A DNA stretch of 64,000 bases from NCBI GenBank assembly GCA_020849895.1, contig JADZFN010000034.1, positions 7,942-71,941 on the forward strand. Reading direction: 5' to 3'. Position numbers and translations under genes: made by a program. Under the pieces are notes generated by a model. That model was not told the origin of the DNA, searched no databases, and worked only from the letters and a program-made list of their open reading frames with translations. The first letter of the stretch is position 1. Every line of letters begins with the position of its first letter. Source of the DNA: Verrucomicrobiia bacterium. Its GTDB lineage: Bacteria > Verrucomicrobiota > Verrucomicrobiia > JABWAM01. This document shows, one piece after another, positions 62,421 to 64,000 of the stretch.

Positions 62421-63352
62421 AGATCCGTTTCGACCGCGACCTGATCGAGGCCGCCTATCTCTCGGCCGGTCCTCGGGAAGATCTGGACCGCGAAGAGCTG
62501 TACGATCTTCGCGACGAACGCGAACGCAACGAGGCGTTCGGCGCGCATCACGCCCGCTGGTTCCGCAAAGCGGGGTTCGAGGCCAGACTCCTCGGCGCAT
62601 TCGCCGAGTGGCCGAGGGTGGGCGAGAACTGCGAGGAAGCCGTACTCCGTCGGGTGCGCAACCCGGCCGACGAGTTCGCAGAGCTGTTCCGCAATCGCGA
62701 AGGGCTTTCCCGCGTGGGCGTCGGTCTGCGCGCGAGCCGTCTCACGGACGGGTCGTACCTTCCTTTTCTGCGCCACGAGCTCGCCCACCTCGACGATATG
62801 TTCGACCCCGGGTTCGGCTACCCCGGAGAAGTTCCCCGGGACCCCTCGCCCGCGGCGCAGCTCCGGAGAGAACGCTACCGCATCCTCTGGGACCTGCGCG
62901 GAGACTCCCGTCTGCAGCGGCGTTTCCCGGACGCCCCCGATTTCTCAAAGGCCCTGGCGCGCCACCGGAGCGAATTCGAACGCGTCTTTTCCTTCATGGA
63001 CCTTGCGGAACGCGAGGCGCTCTTCGACGAGATCACGAGCGAGACGTCGGCCCCGCATGCCCGCCTCTGGGAAGTGGCCTGCGACCCGCGCCACCTCCGC
63101 GGTCGGGAGAGTGTCGAAGCGCCTGGCGCGGAGTGCCCCCTCTGCAGGTTCAGCACCTTTCAGTGGGCGTCGAACGAGGCGCGGGAAACCGCCGCACCGG
63201 CGATCCGAAACGAGTTTCCCGATTGGCGGCCGGAACACGGCTGCTGCGAGCGGTGCGCGGAGGTCTACGCCGCTGTCCGTTCCTCGGCGATTCCTCCGAC
63301 GGTTCTGCTTCCTTCTCGCCTTTCGCAAAGCTCGCGCGTCCTCCTCCAATAG
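62417..63352 (+). CDS. hypothetical protein with HExxH motif and C-terminal Cys4 (zinc-ribbon-like) motif
   Basis: Track ORF 62078.. trimmed to GTG 62417, which overlaps the chaperone stop (GTGA); ATG 62381 is an alternative start. Contains LPFLRHELAHLDDMFDP (HExxH) and a C-terminal CPLCRF...(~35 aa)...CCERCAEVY. Confidence 0.6.
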   Translation: MKIRFDRDLIEAAYLSAGPREDLDREELYDLRDERERNEAFGAHHARWFRKAGFEARLLGAFAEWPRVGENCEEAVLRRVRNPADEFAELFRNREGLSRVGVGLRASRLTDGSYLPFLRHELAHLDDMFDPGFGYPGEVPRDPSPAAQLRRERYRILWDLRGDSRLQRRFPDAPDFSKALARHRSEFERVFSFMDLAEREALFDEITSETSAPHARLWEVACDPRHLRGRESVEAPGAECPLCRFSTFQWASNEARETAAPAIRNEFPDWRPEHGCCERCAEVYAAVRSSAIPPTVLLPSRLSQSSRVLLQ

Positions 63353-63463
63353 GGCGATCTTTCAGCGCTTCCGCACGGCGACAGCGGGCATGGCGAGATC
63401 CTCCCGCCCCTGCCTCCTTTCCGCCTTGAGTCGAGTTTTTCCGCCGGACAAAATGAAACGATC

Positions 63464-64000
63464 ATGCTCCGAGCCGGAATCGTCGGTCTACCCAACGTGG
63501 GCAAAAGCACGCTCTTCAACGCGCTCATCCGCGCGCGAAAAGCGGATGCCGCCAACTACCCCTTCTGCACCATCGAACCGAACATCGGAGTGGTCGCCGT
63601 GCCCGATCCGCGTCTCGACCGCCTCGCCGAGATGTCTCGTTCGGCGAAGAAGGTCCCTGCCGCGATCGAGTTCGTGGATATCGCCGGGCTCGTCAAAGGC
63701 GCCAGCCAGGGCGAAGGGCTCGGCAACCAATTCCTCACGCACATCCGCGAAGTGGATGCAATCATCCAGGTCGTCCGCTGTTTCGAGGATGCAAACGTCC
63801 ATCATGTAAGCGGCAGCATCGAGCCGTTGCGCGACATCGAAGTGATCGCAACGGAACTCGTCCTCGCCGATCTCGCCTCGCTTCAGCGCCGCAAGGACAA
63901 ACAGGGGAAAGCGGCTCGTAGCGGCGACAAGATCGCGCAGGCCGAAATGCGCGTCATCGAAAAAATCGAACCGCATCTCGATGGAGGAAAGCCCGCGATC
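63464..64000 (+). CDS. ychF: ribosome-binding ATPase YchF (partial; continues past the window end)
   Basis: My own translation from ATG 63464 is [54 protein letters not shown]...[24 protein letters not shown]... The frame is open to base 64000. Confidence 0.9.
   Translation, partial: MLRAGIVGLPNVGKSTLFNALIRARKADAANYPFCTIEPNIGVVAVPDPRLDRLAEMSRSAKKVPAAIEFVDIAGLVKGASQGEGLGNQFLTHIREVDAIIQVVRCFEDANVHHVSGSIEPLRDIEVIATELVLADLASLQRRKDKQGKAARSGDKIAQAEMRVIEKIEPHLDGGKPAI

Overview
GC-rich bacterial chromosomal segment. One gene (46912-47646) encodes a prepilin-type N-terminus plus an H-X9-DG motif, a combination typical of the PVC superphylum, so the host is probably Verrucomicrobia-like; this is an inference. 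Positions 3.6-36.4 kb are one uninterrupted minus-strand translation/transcription supercluster: tRNA-Thr, tuf, rpmG, tRNA-Trp, secE, nusG, rplKAJL, rpoBC, rpsLG, fusA, then the S10, spc and alpha operons ending at rplQ. Its main oddity is a non-ribosomal secreted coiled-coil gene wedged between rpsS and rplV. Flanking genes are tyrA (partial), rho, an amidohydrolase, gmhA-like, thiC with a TPP riboswitch, a HesB/IscA protein and lepA. A sugar-oxidoreductase/epimerase neighbourhood lies at 41.7-53.5 kb, ending at the SDR gene start (53516). The most interesting part is 53.6-63.4 kb, a compact six-gene cluster for a periplasmic type II DMSO-reductase-family molybdoenzyme. Its alpha and beta subunits look like Nitrospira/anammox-type nitrite oxidoreductase (NxrAB). 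The cluster is preceded by a perfect FNR-type palindrome. It starts with an unusual fusion protein of about 13 TM helices, two c-type heme domains and an EB_dh heme-b domain. It also contains two uncharacterised accessory ORFs: an 86-aa acidic protein between alpha and beta, and a HExxH/Cys4 protein after the chaperone. No CRISPR, IS element, integrase or rRNA was seen. Many long ORFs in the supplied track are antisense shadows of real genes, as expected in high-GC DNA. The track treats GTG/TTG as starts, so several starts were re-trimmed by hand.
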